A stretch of 64,000 nucleotides of DNA, taken from assembly GCA_963702475.1 (NCBI GenBank), contig CAVPCT010000005.1, positions 96,001 through 160,000 on the forward strand, in the 5' to 3' direction. The position numbers and the translations under genes are program-made. This DNA comes from an uncultured Thermoleophilia bacterium. GTDB lineage: Bacteria; Actinomycetota; Thermoleophilia; UBA2241. The notes beneath the pieces are model-generated. The model made no database searches. It had not been told where the DNA came from and saw nothing but the letters and a program-made list of their open reading frames with translations. This document shows positions 38,958 to 50,002 of the stretch, one piece after another (position 1 is the first letter of the stretch; every line of letters starts with the position of its first letter).

Positions 38958-41207
38958 TCAGGTGCCGACGACCCGGTACGCGTCGTAGACCGTGTGGATG
39001 CTGCGGATGTTGGCGAGGATGTTGTCGAGCTGCCGCACGTCGCCCACCTCGAGTGTGAAGCGGTCGCGCACCACGCCGTCGGGCAGGGTCTGCATGCTGC
39101 CGCCGACGATGTTGGCGCCCGAGTCGGAGAGGGTCCGCGCGAGGTCCTCGAGAAGGTGGTTGCGGTCGAGCGCCTCGACCATGATCTCCACGCGGAACGC
39201 CACGCCGCTGAGCCCCTGCCAGTCGACGTTGGTGAAGCGCTCCGGGTTCTTCATGAGGGCGCGCGCGTTCTTGCAGTCCTCGCGATGGATGGTGATGCCC
39301 TTGCCCAGAGAGATGTAGCCGACGATGGTGTCGCCGGGGATGGGCTTACAGCACTTGGCCATGCGCACCATGATGTCGTTCATGCCCTCGACGGCGATGC
39401 CGAACTGGCCCGAGAGGGCCTGCGGCTCGTCGCCGTCGTGCTGCGGCGCCCGGGGCAGCATCTCCGGCGGCGGGGTGGCCTCCTTCATCGTCCCCGACGC
39501 CTGCATGACCTTGTTGGCCACCGTCTTGACCGGCAGCCGCCCGGAGCCGAGCGCCACGAAGAGGTCGTCGGGCTTGGCGAAGCCGACGTCTTTGCAGATC
39601 TGCGAGAAGACCTTGGAGCTCAGGATCTTCTGCGCCGGCAGACCCTCGCGGCGCAGGACCTCCTGCAGCAGGTCGCGCCCGGAGTGCTCGCTGTCTTCCC
39701 GCTGCTCGCGGTTGAAGTAGTGGCGGATCTTCTGGCGCGCCCGCGGCGAGTGCACGATGTCGAGCCAGTCGCGCGAGGGGCCGTGGCTCGACTTGCTGGT
39801 GATGATCTCCACGATGTCGCCGCTGCTGAGCGCCGTGTGCAGCGGCACGATGCGGCCGTTGACCTTGGCGCCCACGGTGTGGTTGCCCACGTCGGTGTGC
39901 ACCGAGTAGGCGAAGTCGATGGGCGTGCTCCCCGCCGGCAGGCTCTTGACGTCGCCCTTGGGCGTGAACACGAACACTTCGTCCTCGAAGAGATCGACGC
40001 GCAGGGCGTCCATGAACTCGCGGGCGTCGCCGGTCTCGGACTGCCACTCCATCATCTGGTGCAGCCACGCGAGCTTGTCGGCGTCGCGCTGGCCGCGCTC
40101 CTTGTAGAGCCAGTGCGCGGCGACGCCGTACTCGGCGGTCTGGTGCATGTCGAAGGTGCGGATCTGGATCTCGAGCGGCTTGCCGCCGGGGCCGATGACC
40201 GTGGTGTGCAAGGACTGGTACATGTTGAACTTGGGCATCGCTACGTAGTCCTTGAAGCGCCCCGGGATGGGCTTCCACACCGAATGGATGATGCCGACGG
40301 CCCCATAGCAGTCCTTGATGGAGTCCACCTGCACGCGCAGACCGGTGAGGTCGAAGATCTCGTTGAACTCCTTTCCGCCGCGACTCATCTTCGTGTAGAT
40401 GGAGTAGAAGTGCTTGGCGCGGCCGCTGATGTCGGCCACGATGCCGGCCTCGTCCAGGGCCTCACGCAAGAAGGCGGCCGCCTCGTCCACGTAGTCCTCG
40501 CGGTCGGCGCGCCGCTGCGCGACCCACTTCTGGATCTCCTGGTACTTGCGCGGGTGCAGGGTGGCGAACGCGAGGTCCTCCAGCTGCCATTTCATGTTGT
40601 GGATGCCGAGGCGGTGGGCGAGCGGCGCGTACACCTCGAGCGTCTCTTTGGCCTTCTGGATCTGCTTCTGCTTGCTGAGATAGCAGAGCGTGTGCATGTT
40701 GTGCAGGCGATCGCAGAGCTTGATGAGGATGACGCGGATATCGGTCGCCATCGCCACGATCATCTTGCGGTAGTTCTCTGCCTGTTCCTCCTCCTGGGAG
40801 GTGAAGTGCATCTTGGTGAGCTTGGTGACCCCGTCGACGAGCATGGCGATCTCGTCGCCGAACTCGTCGGCCACCCAGCCGAGCGGGGTGCCGGTGTCTT
40901 CGACCACGTCGTGCAGCAGCGCCGCGGCGACGGTGACTGAGTCCAGGCGCAGATCGGCAGCGTTGAGCGCCGTGCCGACAGGGTGGTGGATGTAGGCTTC
41001 GCCGCTCTTGCGGCTCTGGTCGCCGTGCAGGACACAGGCGGCGACGAAGGCGCGCGCGATGAGCTCGCGGTCGGCGTCGGGGTTGTAGCGCGCCACGGCC
41101 GCGAAGAGGTCGTCGAGCAGTGGCCGGTACTTCTCCGGGACGTCGATCAGAGCGCTGCCGTGAGGCAGGTCTGCAAGAAGCTGCTTGTCCGAAACAGGCT
41201 GCGCCAT
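38958..41207 (-). CDS. rel: Bifunctional (p)ppGpp synthetase/hydrolase Rel
   Basis: RKSGEAYIHHP, LHDVVED, DRLHNM, YQSLHT, EIQIRT, TGS, CC and ACT domains. Confidence 0.97.
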   Translation of the reverse strand: MAQPVSDKQLLADLPHGSALIDVPEKYRPLLDDLFAAVARYNPDADRELIARAFVAACVLHGDQSRKSGEAYIHHPVGTALNAADLRLDSVTVAAALLHDVVEDTGTPLGWVADEFGDEIAMLVDGVTKLTKMHFTSQEEEQAENYRKMIVAMATDIRVILIKLCDRLHNMHTLCYLSKQKQIQKAKETLEVYAPLAHRLGIHNMKWQLEDLAFATLHPRKYQEIQKWVAQRRADREDYVDEAAAFLREALDEAGIVADISGRAKHFYSIYTKMSRGGKEFNEIFDLTGLRVQVDSIKDCYGAVGIIHSVWKPIPGRFKDYVAMPKFNMYQSLHTTVIGPGGKPLEIQIRTFDMHQTAEYGVAAHWLYKERGQRDADKLAWLHQMMEWQSETGDAREFMDALRVDLFEDEVFVFTPKGDVKSLPAGSTPIDFAYSVHTDVGNHTVGAKVNGRIVPLHTALSSGDIVEIITSKSSHGPSRDWLDIVHSPRARQKIRHYFNREQREDSEHSGRDLLQEVLRREGLPAQKILSSKVFSQICKDVGFAKPDDLFVALGSGRLPVKTVANKVMQASGTMKEATPPPEMLPRAPQHDGDEPQALSGQFGIAVEGMNDIMVRMAKCCKPIPGDTIVGYISLGKGITIHREDCKNARALMKNPERFTNVDWQGLSGVAFRVEIMVEALDRNHLLEDLARTLSDSGANIVGGSMQTLPDGVVRDRFTLEVGDVRQLDNILANIRSIHTVYDAYRVVGT

Positions 41208-43702
41208 GAGCTGTGGCTCGCGGTCCTCGATACGTCGACCTTACCCTGAGGGCGGACGAGATGGTAGCCGCCCTCCCGCGCGTGCAGCAGGCCGGCCTCA
41301 CGCAGCGCCCGCAGGGCCGCCGAGACGGCGCCGGCCGGGCGCAAGAACGGGTCGCCCCTCAGGAGTTCCTGCTCGAGGCCATCGTCAAACACGCCCGATC
41401 CCGCACTCAGCGTGCGCCAGACGCGGCGCATGACGCCGTCAAGGTCGAGCTCGGCGGCGGCCACACGCGCCGCGAGGTCGGCCTCGGGCGCGCCCCAGAG
41501 GGCGTGGACCCACGCCTGGGGTGCGGCCGCGGCGACGGTCGCGAACAGGCGGCGCGTGAACGGCGGGTCGAGCAGGACGACGTGGTCGAAGGCGGCGGCC
41601 GTCTGCGGCCGCGCCGCCACCACATCGTAGCCGGCGAGCACGACGTCCGCGCCGGCCACGGCGGGCAGCCGGCCGGCGCAGCCGGCCTGCACGTACGCCG
41701 CCGTGCGCGCCAGCTGCGGCGAGAGCACGTCGCGGGTCAGCAACGGGCGGCGCCGCGCGACGTCGGCCGTCAGCACGAGCACGCGGCCGCCCCCGGCGGC
41801 CAGCGCGGCCAGGGCCGAGGCGGGCGGGCGGCCGCGGCCGTCCACGAGGCGCCCGGCGCGCCGCGCGCCGGCCAGCGCGTCGTCGCACCCGCCTGCCCCC
41901 AAGCCGGGGCCCTCCAGCGCCTCACGCCACAGAGACTCCCCGGTGAGGCGTTCGGCGCAGCTGAGGTCGCAGGCGGTGGCGCACAGATCGGCGCCGCAGG
42001 CCTCCAGCAGGTGCAGCGCCCTGACCTGCACCTGCGCCGTGACCGAGCCGCGGAACTCGTTCTTCTCCAGGTGGAGCGGCACGTCGTACCTGCCCTCCCG
42101 GACGAGCTCGCCGAGCCCGTTGAAATTGAAGTGGATCGCCTGGCACGAGGCGCCGTCGCAGCTCACGCGGCACTGGAGGTGCCTGTGGTCGCGGGTGAGG
42201 CGCGGCGCCTGGACCTCGGCGTTGTGCAGCAGAAGCGTGGGGCGGGCATTGCCGAAGCCGTGCGGCGCGAGCAGCTCGAGCTCGTCGGAGAGCCGCAGTG
42301 TGAGCTCATCGCCCCCCACGAGCGCGTCGATGCGACGCGTGCGCACGAGGTCGTCCGGGCCGAGCGCCGCCGCCGCCTGGGCGATGAACGCGTCCCGAAA
42401 GGCAGGGATGTCGCCGCGCCGCAGACGGAGCCCACAGGCGGCGCGGTGCCCGCCGAAAGCCTTGAGGTGCGCTGCGCACCGCTCGACGGCGCCGAGCAGA
42501 TCGAACGCCGGGATGCTGCGCCCCGACCCCTTGGCCTCGTCGCCGGCCTCGCTCAGCAGCACCGCCGGACGGTTGAAGCGCTCGACCACGCGCGACGCCA
42601 CGATGCCCACCACTCCCTCATGCCACTCCGGCGACGAGAGCACGAGCGCCGCCGGCGGCGGGTCGGGCACCATGGCACACGCCGCCGCGAACATGCCGGT
42701 CTCGAGCTCCTGCCGCTCCCGATTGAGCTCGTCCAGCCTGAGCGCGAGCGGGAGCGCCGCGGTGCGGTCGGCGCTCCCGAGCAGCTCGAGCGCCAGCGAG
42801 GCGTCCTCGAGCCGGCCGGCGGCGTTGAGCCGCGGCGCCAGACGGAACCCGACAACGCCGGCGTCGACGGCATCGGGCCTGACGCGAGCGACCTCAAGGA
42901 GCGCGGAGAGCCCCGGCCGAGGGGCGCTGCGCAGACGGCCGAGGCCGAGACGGGCCAGCGTGCGGTTCTCTCCTGTGAGCGGCACGATGTCGGCGATGGT
43001 GCCGATGGCGACGACGTCGGCGAGCGCGCGCAGCGCGAGCGGCACGTCGACCGCAGGCTCGCCCCGCGGGGGCTCGATGAGGAGCGCGTGGGCGAGTTTG
43101 AAGGCGACGCCCACCCCGGCCAGGTGGGGGTACGGGTAGCCCGGGAGTCGCGGCGTCACCACGACGCAGTCGGGAAGGTCGCCCTCGATCTCGTGGTGGT
43201 CGGTGACCACGACGTCCATGCCGAGGTCGTGCGCCAGAGCCACCTCGGCGCGGGCGTTCACGCCGCAGTCGACGGTGACGAGCAGCTTGACGCCCGCCGC
43301 GGCCAGCTCCTCGACGGCGGTCGCCGAGACCCCGTACCCCTCCACGAAGCGGTTGGGGAGGTGCCAGCGCACGTCCGCGCCGAGCTCCTCGAGCACGCTC
43401 ACCAGGAGGAAGGTGGCCGTGATGCCGTCGGCGTCGTAGTCGCCGTGCACCGCGATGGGCTCGCGGGCGGCCAACGCCCGGTCGATACGCCGCCGGGCCT
43501 CGGCGATGCCGGACAGGAGATACGGGTCGTGCACCGTGACGTCGGGGTGGAGGAACGCACGCGCCTCGGCGGGGTCGGCGAACCCCCGGCGCACCAGCAC
43601 CTGGGCCAGGACCTCGCCGACCTCGAGCTCCTCGCAGAGTCGCCGGACGTCCGCGTATGACGCGGGCGGGATGCTCCAGGAGCCGGGATCGGTCACGTCC
43701 AC
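41147..43702 (-). CDS. recJ: ssDNA exonuclease RecJ with C-terminal extension
   Basis: GDYDADG, TVDCG, TDHH, GTIAD, PRLNAAGR, KGSGRS, GGH. Confidence 0.93.
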   Translation of the reverse strand: MDVTDPGSWSIPPASYADVRRLCEELEVGEVLAQVLVRRGFADPAEARAFLHPDVTVHDPYLLSGIAEARRRIDRALAAREPIAVHGDYDADGITATFLLVSVLEELGADVRWHLPNRFVEGYGVSATAVEELAAAGVKLLVTVDCGVNARAEVALAHDLGMDVVVTDHHEIEGDLPDCVVVTPRLPGYPYPHLAGVGVAFKLAHALLIEPPRGEPAVDVPLALRALADVVAIGTIADIVPLTGENRTLARLGLGRLRSAPRPGLSALLEVARVRPDAVDAGVVGFRLAPRLNAAGRLEDASLALELLGSADRTAALPLALRLDELNRERQELETGMFAAACAMVPDPPPAALVLSSPEWHEGVVGIVASRVVERFNRPAVLLSEAGDEAKGSGRSIPAFDLLGAVERCAAHLKAFGGHRAACGLRLRRGDIPAFRDAFIAQAAAALGPDDLVRTRRIDALVGGDELTLRLSDELELLAPHGFGNARPTLLLHNAEVQAPRLTRDHRHLQCRVSCDGASCQAIHFNFNGLGELVREGRYDVPLHLEKNEFRGSVTAQVQVRALHLLEACGADLCATACDLSCAERLTGESLWREALEGPGLGAGGCDDALAGARRAGRLVDGRGRPPASALAALAAGGGRVLVLTADVARRRPLLTRDVLSPQLARTAAYVQAGCAGRLPAVAGADVVLAGYDVVAARPQTAAAFDHVVLLDPPFTRRLFATVAAAAPQAWVHALWGAPEADLAARVAAAELDLDGVMRRVWRTLSAGSGVFDDGLEQELLRGDPFLRPAGAVSAALRALREAGLLHAREGGYHLVRPQGKVDVSRTASHSSWRSLFRTSSFLQTCLTAAL

Positions 43703-43786
43703 ATCACGACGCGAGTGTACCGCGTGCCCGGGACGGACGCCGCCTCCGCGCGCGGCCCGCGTCCGCCGTGCGCCGGCGAGGCGCGC

Positions 43787-44587
43787 TCAGGAGCCCGGAG
43801 GCGGCGCGTCAGACGGGTCGGCGGATCCGAGGGACAACTCGTCGCCGCCCGCGGCGGCCTCGCCGAGGCCTGGGGTCTCGTCGGCACCAGGGGCGACGTC
43901 CCGCCCCGCGTCGGCGGCGGCCCCGGCGGCCACGGTGACGGCGGTCACATCGGTGCCGGCCTCGACGTCGCCGAGCGGCTCCCGGTACGAGACGAGCGTC
44001 TCGTCCACGTCGGGCTCGGTCTCGCCCGCTGCGGAGCCGGCGGTCGTCTCGTCCGGTCCTCCAGACGCGAACCCTGCGGGCGCGACCTTCGCCGGCTCGG
44101 GCGGTGCCTCTTCGCCGCCTTCGGGAGCCGCGCCCGCGACCTCGTCCCACCCGACCGCGGACGACGCGGCGACGGCCATGGTCACCGCCGTGGCGTCGGC
44201 CGGGACGGCCTCGCCCGCCGCGGTGGAAGCCGCGAGCGCCGCGGGCTCGGGAGGCGCCGGGGCAAGCGCCGTTGCCTCGACGGCGACGACTTCCGCGACG
44301 GCGGTCCGCTCGTCGGCAGCCTGCGCCTCACGCAGACGCTTGTACGTCTTTCCCAGCTCCTTCTCGAGCCGCCGCTGTGCCGCCACCGCAGCGCCGCGCG
44401 CGGTCCAGGCCGCGACCACACCGGCGGCGACCACCACGGCGGCGAGAACGACCGACAGCCAGAAGAGCGAGACCCCGGTCCAGCTGAGGGCGAGGAAGTC
44501 CAGGTCGAACGTCACGCCGTGGTTGACCGCCCCGACGGCGACGAGCACCAGGGCGACGATGACCAGGATGGTGAGCGCGGTACGCAC
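43787..44587 (-). CDS. LapA/DUF1049-like two-TM protein with acidic disordered tail
   Basis: Two TM helices flanking N-x-x-V-x-F-D-L-D-F, short coiled coil, Ala/Glu/Pro-rich tail; GAGGAGG RBS. Confidence 0.5.
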   Translation of the reverse strand: MRTALTILVIVALVLVAVGAVNHGVTFDLDFLALSWTGVSLFWLSVVLAAVVVAAGVVAAWTARGAAVAAQRRLEKELGKTYKRLREAQAADERTAVAEVVAVEATALAPAPPEPAALAASTAAGEAVPADATAVTMAVAASSAVGWDEVAGAAPEGGEEAPPEPAKVAPAGFASGGPDETTAGSAAGETEPDVDETLVSYREPLGDVEAGTDVTAVTVAAGAAADAGRDVAPGADETPGLGEAAAGGDELSLGSADPSDAPPPGS

Positions 44588-44742
44588 GACGGACCCCTCC
44601 TCAGTGGCGACTGTCGGCAGCGAGTATAGAGCACGAGCGCAGGACGGCGCGCCGGTGAGGCACCGCCCGGCGCGCTCCGCCGCCCGCGGCAGGGGCGGAG
44701 GGCGCCGCCGGCCCACGGTCCGCGGCCGTCGTCACAGCGGCG

Positions 44743-45675
44743 TCACAGGCGCTCGATCTCAGCCTTCTCGCGCGCCTGTTCGAGCCACCGGGCCAGGGCC
44801 GCGGAACGCAGCTCCCCGTCGAGGCCATCCTGGATCTGCTCACGCACGTCGCTGAACGGCACGACCTCGGACGGCCGCCGGCCGAGCAGCTTGATCACCC
44901 ACACGCCTCCGGGGCCACGCGTGGGCGGCGTGACCTCGTCGGCGCCGAGTCTCCCGACGGCCTTTCGGAGCGGTGCCGGCAGCGACGACGGTTCCACCCA
45001 GCCCATCATCCCCTCACTCGCCTTGAGCTCGGGGTCGATGGAGAACTGCCGTGCCACCTCCTCGAACGGCCGGCCCTGCTCGAGCCGTTCGATAGCGTTG
45101 CCGGCGATGCCCTCGTTGCGCACGACCAGAGCGCCCAGCGCCCACGCCTCTGCCGTGGAGAACAGCTTTGTGCGGTTCTCCTCGTAGAACGTGCGGACCG
45201 CTTTGGCGCCGGCCTTGAGATCGGGGAACCTCGCATCCTGGACGGCTTCGCTCACGATGCCGCGCGCGAGAGTCGCGCGGAACTGCTCACTCGAGATGTC
45301 CGTCTGCTCCAGGGCGGCGGCGAACGCCTGCTCGCCGCCCATCTGCTCGCGCACGGCGGCGAGCCGGCGGTCCACCTCGGCCTCGTCGGCCGACACCCCC
45401 AGGCGCTCCGCATCCGCCTCGATCAGCGCTCCGTCGATGGCCGTCTCGAGACCTGCCGCGGCCGTATCTTCGCGTCCGGCCAGCCGGGCCTCGGCACGCG
45501 CCAGTTCTACGTCGCTCCGGCGCACCTCGCGACCGTCCACGCGCGCGACGACGGGATCGGCTTGAGCGTTCGACGAGGAGTCGGCCTTCGGCGCCTCGCC
45601 GCACGCGGCGGCCCCGGCAGCGAGCAACGCGAAAGCGGCGAGAGCGGCGACCGCTCTGGAGAGGGGAGACACCAC
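44743..45675 (-). CDS. PrsA/SurA-like parvulin foldase lipoprotein
   Basis: Lipobox AAA|C, VVARVDG, FEEVARQFSID, GMMGW. Confidence 0.8.
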   Translation of the reverse strand: MVSPLSRAVAALAAFALLAAGAAACGEAPKADSSSNAQADPVVARVDGREVRRSDVELARAEARLAGREDTAAAGLETAIDGALIEADAERLGVSADEAEVDRRLAAVREQMGGEQAFAAALEQTDISSEQFRATLARGIVSEAVQDARFPDLKAGAKAVRTFYEENRTKLFSTAEAWALGALVVRNEGIAGNAIERLEQGRPFEEVARQFSIDPELKASEGMMGWVEPSSLPAPLRKAVGRLGADEVTPPTRGPGGVWVIKLLGRRPSEVVPFSDVREQIQDGLDGELRSAALARWLEQAREKAEIERL

Positions 45676-45746
45676 GGCCGGGAGACGGGCGACACCGCGC
45701 CGGGGATCGCGCGAGGCCGGGCGGGAACGGGCGGGCGGGCTCGGAG

Positions 45747-46802
45747 TCAGCCGCGAGTCTCCGTATCGGGAAGAGCCGCCCTGAACGGCTCCTTCTCGAC
45801 ACGGCGCTGCCCGTCGGCGAACCGCGCCGGGAAGTAGCAGGCCATCTCGTGCGTCTCGCCGGCGTCGCCGCCGGTGTTGACCAGCCGGGGCATGGCCGTG
45901 ACGCAGACCTCCTGCGCACGGGGACAGCGCGGATGGAACACGCAGCCCTTGGGCGGATTGGCTGGGCTGGGCACGTCGCCCTCCAGGATGATGCGGCGGC
46001 GCGCCCGCTCCGTGTGCGGGTCGGGGATCGGCACCGCCGAGAGCAGGGCCTCGGTGTACGGATGCTGCGGGAAGTCGTACAGCAGCTTGCTGTCCGAGAT
46101 CTCGACGATCTTGCCCAGATACATCACGGCGACGCGGTCGGAGATGTGCTTGACCACGGAGAGGTCGTGAGCGATGAACACGTACGTGAGGTCGAGCTCG
46201 TCCTGCAGGTCCTCGAGCAGGTTGATCACCTGGGCGCGGATGGAGACGTCGAGGGCGCTGACCGGCTCGTCGCAGATGATGAGCTTCGGGTTGAGCGCCA
46301 GGGCGCGGGCGATGCCGATGCGCTGGCGCTGCCCGCCCGAGAACTCGTGCGGGTAGCGCTCGGCGTGCTCGGCGTTGAGCCCGACCGTCTCGAGGAGCTC
46401 GTACACGCGCTTCTTGCGCTCCTCCTTCGTACCGATGCCGTGGATCTTGAGCGACTCGCCGACGATGTCGCGCACACGCATGCGCGGGTTCAGCGAGGCG
46501 TACGGGTCCTGGAAGATGATCTGCATGTCGCGGCGCAGCTTCTGCATCTCACCGCCGGACGCCTTCATGACGTCGATGTCCTCGAACACCACGGAACCGG
46601 CCGTGGCTTCGATGAGGCGCAGGACGGCGCGGCCGGTAGTGGACTTGCCACAGCCGCTCTCCCCCACCAGGCCCAGGGTCTCGCCCTTCTCCACGGAGAA
46701 GCTCACTCCGTCCACGGCGTACACGGTGCCGGTCTGGCGCTTGAGCACTCCCGACTTGATGGGGAAGTGCTTCTTCAGGTCGCGCACCTCGAGCAGGCTC
46801 AC
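45747..46802 (-). CDS. oppF: Oligopeptide ABC transporter ATPase
   Basis: [31 protein letters not shown]-terminal Cys motif. Confidence 0.92.
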   Translation of the reverse strand: MSLLEVRDLKKHFPIKSGVLKRQTGTVYAVDGVSFSVEKGETLGLVGESGCGKSTTGRAVLRLIEATAGSVVFEDIDVMKASGGEMQKLRRDMQIIFQDPYASLNPRMRVRDIVGESLKIHGIGTKEERKKRVYELLETVGLNAEHAERYPHEFSGGQRQRIGIARALALNPKLIICDEPVSALDVSIRAQVINLLEDLQDELDLTYVFIAHDLSVVKHISDRVAVMYLGKIVEISDSKLLYDFPQHPYTEALLSAVPIPDPHTERARRRIILEGDVPSPANPPKGCVFHPRCPRAQEVCVTAMPRLVNTGGDAGETHEMACYFPARFADGQRRVEKEPFRAALPDTETRG

Positions 46803-47827
46803 AGCGCCGCCTCGCTCTCGAAGTGCGGCAGCTTACAGCGGATCGACTGACGCTCGTCCCTGGGAATCCAGCAGCTCACGCCGTGGTCGGCGCCCACGAT
46901 CTCGAGAGCCGGCCACTCGTTGCGGCACTGCGGACGCTCGTAGGGGCAGCGGCTTGAGAAGGGGCACCCGCTGGGGAGCGCGATGAGGTCCGGCGGCTGG
47001 CCCGTGATGGGTGTGAGCCGCGACTTCTCGGCCACGTCCAGTCGCGGCAGCGAGCCCAGCAGCCCCCAGGTGTACGGATGATGGGGGTTGTAGTAGATCT
47101 CGTCCACGGGGCCGTACTCGACGGTGCGGCCGCCGTACATGACCATCACCTTGTCGGCGATCTCGGCGACCACGCCGAGGTCGTGGGTGATGGCGATGAC
47201 GCCGCTCGCGTACCGCTCCTGCATCTCGCGGATGACGTCGATGATCTGCGCCTGGATGGTGACGTCGAGCGCCGTGGTGGGCTCATCGGCGATGAGGATG
47301 TCGGGGTTGCAGCTGATGGCCATGGCGATCATGGCGCGCTGGCGCATGCCCCCCGAGAACTCGAACGGGTACTGATTGACGCGGTTCTCGGCGTCGGGGA
47401 TGCCGACGCGGTCCAGGAGTTGCGCAGCCATCTGCCACGCCTCGCCCTTGCTCTTGTCCTGGTGGAGGATGATGGCCTCGGCGATCTGCGCGCCCACCTT
47501 GACCACCGGGTTCAGGCTGGTCATGGGGTCCTGGAAGATCATGGCGATATCGTTGCCGCGCACCGCACGCATCTCGTCGTCGGCGATGGTGCGCAGGTCG
47601 CGGCCGCGCAGGTCGATGCGGCCGCCGACGATCTTGCCCGGCGGGTCGGGGATGAGACGCATGATGGACAGGGCCGCGACCGTCTTGCCGGAGCCCGACT
47701 CGCCGACGATGCCGAGCGTCTCCTTGCGGTCGAGCGTGAAGCTCACGCCGTTGACGGCCTTGACCACCCCGGCGTAGGTGAAGAAGTGGGTCGAGAGATC
47801 CTCGACGGTGAGCAGACGTTCGCTCAT
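46799..47827 (-). CDS. oppD: Oligopeptide ABC transporter ATPase
   Basis: Starts [11 protein letters not shown]; [34 protein letters not shown]. Confidence 0.92.
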   Translation of the reverse strand: MSERLLTVEDLSTHFFTYAGVVKAVNGVSFTLDRKETLGIVGESGSGKTVAALSIMRLIPDPPGKIVGGRIDLRGRDLRTIADDEMRAVRGNDIAMIFQDPMTSLNPVVKVGAQIAEAIILHQDKSKGEAWQMAAQLLDRVGIPDAENRVNQYPFEFSGGMRQRAMIAMAISCNPDILIADEPTTALDVTIQAQIIDVIREMQERYASGVIAITHDLGVVAEIADKVMVMYGGRTVEYGPVDEIYYNPHHPYTWGLLGSLPRLDVAEKSRLTPITGQPPDLIALPSGCPFSSRCPYERPQCRNEWPALEIVGADHGVSCWIPRDERQSIRCKLPHFESEAAL

Positions 47828-47829
47828 CC

Positions 47830-48873
47830 CTACTCCTTCAGCTTGGGGTCGGTGGCGTCGCGCAGGCCGTTGCCGAAGGAGATGAAGCCGAACACCGTGA
47901 CCACGAGGGCGATGCTCGGGAACGTGAGCATCCACCAGCTGCCGGCCCAGAAGTAGCTGAGGTAGTCGGCGATCATCTTGCCCCACGAGGCGTTCGGCGG
48001 CTGGATGCCGATGCCGAGGTAGCTCAGGGCGGCCTCGGTGACGATGGCGCCGCCCACGCCCATGGCGATGGCCACGTAGACCGGCGCCATGGTGTTGGGC
48101 AGCACGTGCCGGAAGATCACGCGCAAGTCGCTGGCGCCCTGCGCGCGCGCCGCCTCCACGTACTCCATGGACTTGACGCTGAGCACGGAGCCGCGGTTGA
48201 GGCGCGCGTAGCTGGCCCACCCGAGGATACCGATGGCGATGAACACGTTCTGGAAGCCCGGACCGAGCACCACCATGATGAGCAGCACGAAGAGGATGTA
48301 GGGGAAGGCGAAGAAGATGTCGGCCAGGCGCATGATCACGGAGTCGACCCAGCCCCCGTAGTAGCCGGAGATGGGGCCGAGGATGAGGCCGATGATGAGG
48401 GCGATGGCCACGGCGATGACGCCGACCAGCATGGAGATGCGGGTGGCGACCAAGGTGCGCGAGAACACGTCGCGGCCCAGGTAGTCGGTGCCGAAGGGGT
48501 GCGCCCACGTAGGCGGGGAGCCTTTGCCCTGGGGAGAGAGCTCGTAGTTGACCTGATTGGGCGGATACGGCGCCAGGTAACCTTGCGGCGTGAGCGCCGC
48601 CACGGTCTGGGTGACGCCGACGATGAGGAAGACCACGATGATGCCCAGACCGACGAGCGCCAGCCTGTTGCGCTTGAGCCGGCGCCAGGTGTCGCCCCAG
48701 AGCGAGAGCGGCTTGCGCGGCTTGCCAGCCTCCTCGTGCCGCCGCTCGAGCTCCTCGGTGAGCACCTCCGTGGTGCCGCGGGCGTCGATCGACTCGCCGG
48801 TGGTGATGGTGCTGCCGCTGTCGTCCCTGTAGCCCCGGTCGTCCCGGGGCCCGCTGTCCCAGTGGTCGGCCAC
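47830..48873 (-). CDS. oppC: Oligopeptide ABC permease
   Basis: HPFGTDYLGRD, EAA loop YVEAARAQGA, RHVLPN. Confidence 0.92.
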   Translation of the reverse strand: MADHWDSGPRDDRGYRDDSGSTITTGESIDARGTTEVLTEELERRHEEAGKPRKPLSLWGDTWRRLKRNRLALVGLGIIVVFLIVGVTQTVAALTPQGYLAPYPPNQVNYELSPQGKGSPPTWAHPFGTDYLGRDVFSRTLVATRISMLVGVIAVAIALIIGLILGPISGYYGGWVDSVIMRLADIFFAFPYILFVLLIMVVLGPGFQNVFIAIGILGWASYARLNRGSVLSVKSMEYVEAARAQGASDLRVIFRHVLPNTMAPVYVAIAMGVGGAIVTEAALSYLGIGIQPPNASWGKMIADYLSYFWAGSWWMLTFPSIALVVTVFGFISFGNGLRDATDPKLKE

Positions 48874-48876
48874 GGC

Positions 48877-49833
48877 TCAGCCCTCGAGGCGGATGCGCGG
48901 GTCGACCCAGGCGTAGCCGAGGTCGACGAACAGGTTGGCGAACACGTACACGATGGTGGCGAACAGCACGCCGCCGGCGACCACGGGCAGGTCGCGGGCA
49001 CCGATGGCCTGGTAGATCATGAGGCCGATCCCGGGGCGGTTGAACACGGTCTCGGTGAGGATGGCGCCGCCCATGAGGGCACCGAGGTCGATGCCGGCGA
49101 TGGTCATGACCGGTATGACGGCGTTCTTGAAGGCGTGCTTGCGCACCACGGCGCTCTCGGAGAGGCCCTTGGCCCGCGCCGTGCGGATGTAGTCGGCGCG
49201 GATGACCTCGAGCATGGAGGCGCGCTGCATGTACGAGATGTAGGCCACCTCGATCAGGCCGAGCGTGACCGCCGGCAGGATGAGGGTGAGGAAACTGTTC
49301 CAGCTCGCCGGGATGACCCACGCTACGTTATCGCCTGCGCCGATGAGCGGAAGCAGGTTGAGCTTGTAGCCGAACAGCCACTGCATGAACACGCCGAGCA
49401 CGAACACGGGGATGCCCCAGATGATGAGAGCGGCCGTGGTGAGGGTGGTGTCCCAGAACGTGAACTGGCGCAGCGCGGAGTAGATCCCCAACGGGATGCC
49501 GAGCAGCTCGATGAGTACTGCCGCAAGCGCAAGCTGGATGGTATTGGGCGCGTTCTCCCTGATCATCTGCGTGACCGGCTTCTGGAGCTGGTACGACTCG
49601 CCGAGGTCGAGACGCACGATGCGCCCCAGGAACCGGTAGTACTGGACGTAGAGCGGCTTGTCGAGCCCGAGCCGCTCGCGGATGTCCTGGATCTTCTCCG
49701 GGGTGGCGTTCTTGCCGGCGACCAACTGGGCCGGGTCGCCGGGGATGGCGAACATGATGAGGAAGGTGATGACGGTGACGCCTATCAGCACGATGACGAG
49801 CTGAAGGAGACGCCTGACGATGTAGGCCACCAT
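48877..49833 (-). CDS. oppB: Oligopeptide ABC permease
   Basis: YIVRRL, PGDPA, GLDKP, DYIRTARAKGL, ETVFNRPGIG. Confidence 0.92.
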   Translation of the reverse strand: MVAYIVRRLLQLVIVLIGVTVITFLIMFAIPGDPAQLVAGKNATPEKIQDIRERLGLDKPLYVQYYRFLGRIVRLDLGESYQLQKPVTQMIRENAPNTIQLALAAVLIELLGIPLGIYSALRQFTFWDTTLTTAALIIWGIPVFVLGVFMQWLFGYKLNLLPLIGAGDNVAWVIPASWNSFLTLILPAVTLGLIEVAYISYMQRASMLEVIRADYIRTARAKGLSESAVVRKHAFKNAVIPVMTIAGIDLGALMGGAILTETVFNRPGIGLMIYQAIGARDLPVVAGGVLFATIVYVFANLFVDLGYAWVDPRIRLEG

Positions 49834-49901
49834 GCCGGCTACTCTACCTCATTGCCGGGCGCGCCTGTGTACGCGCCCGTGGCCCGAAGCGGTGCAGAGA
49901 C

Positions 49902-49940
49902 GGTGGCGGCCCGCCGCTCCTTGAGCGGCGGGCCGCCACC
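49902..49940 (-). terminator. 18-bp hairpin between oppA and oppB (terminator or mRNA stabiliser)
   Basis: ggtggcggcccgccgctc-ctt-gagcggcgggccgccacc. Confidence 0.6.
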
Positions 49941-50002
49941 TCGAAAGCTACCGCTGCATTGTACGTATGCACTACTGCATACGCAACGTGCCGCGGGTCA
50001 GC

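Noticed and set aside
41147-41207. 61-bp recJ/rel overlap as a frameshift or pseudogene
   Set aside because: Both genes carry complete catalytic motifs; the overlap involves only non-conserved termini and the rel start may be slightly downstream.
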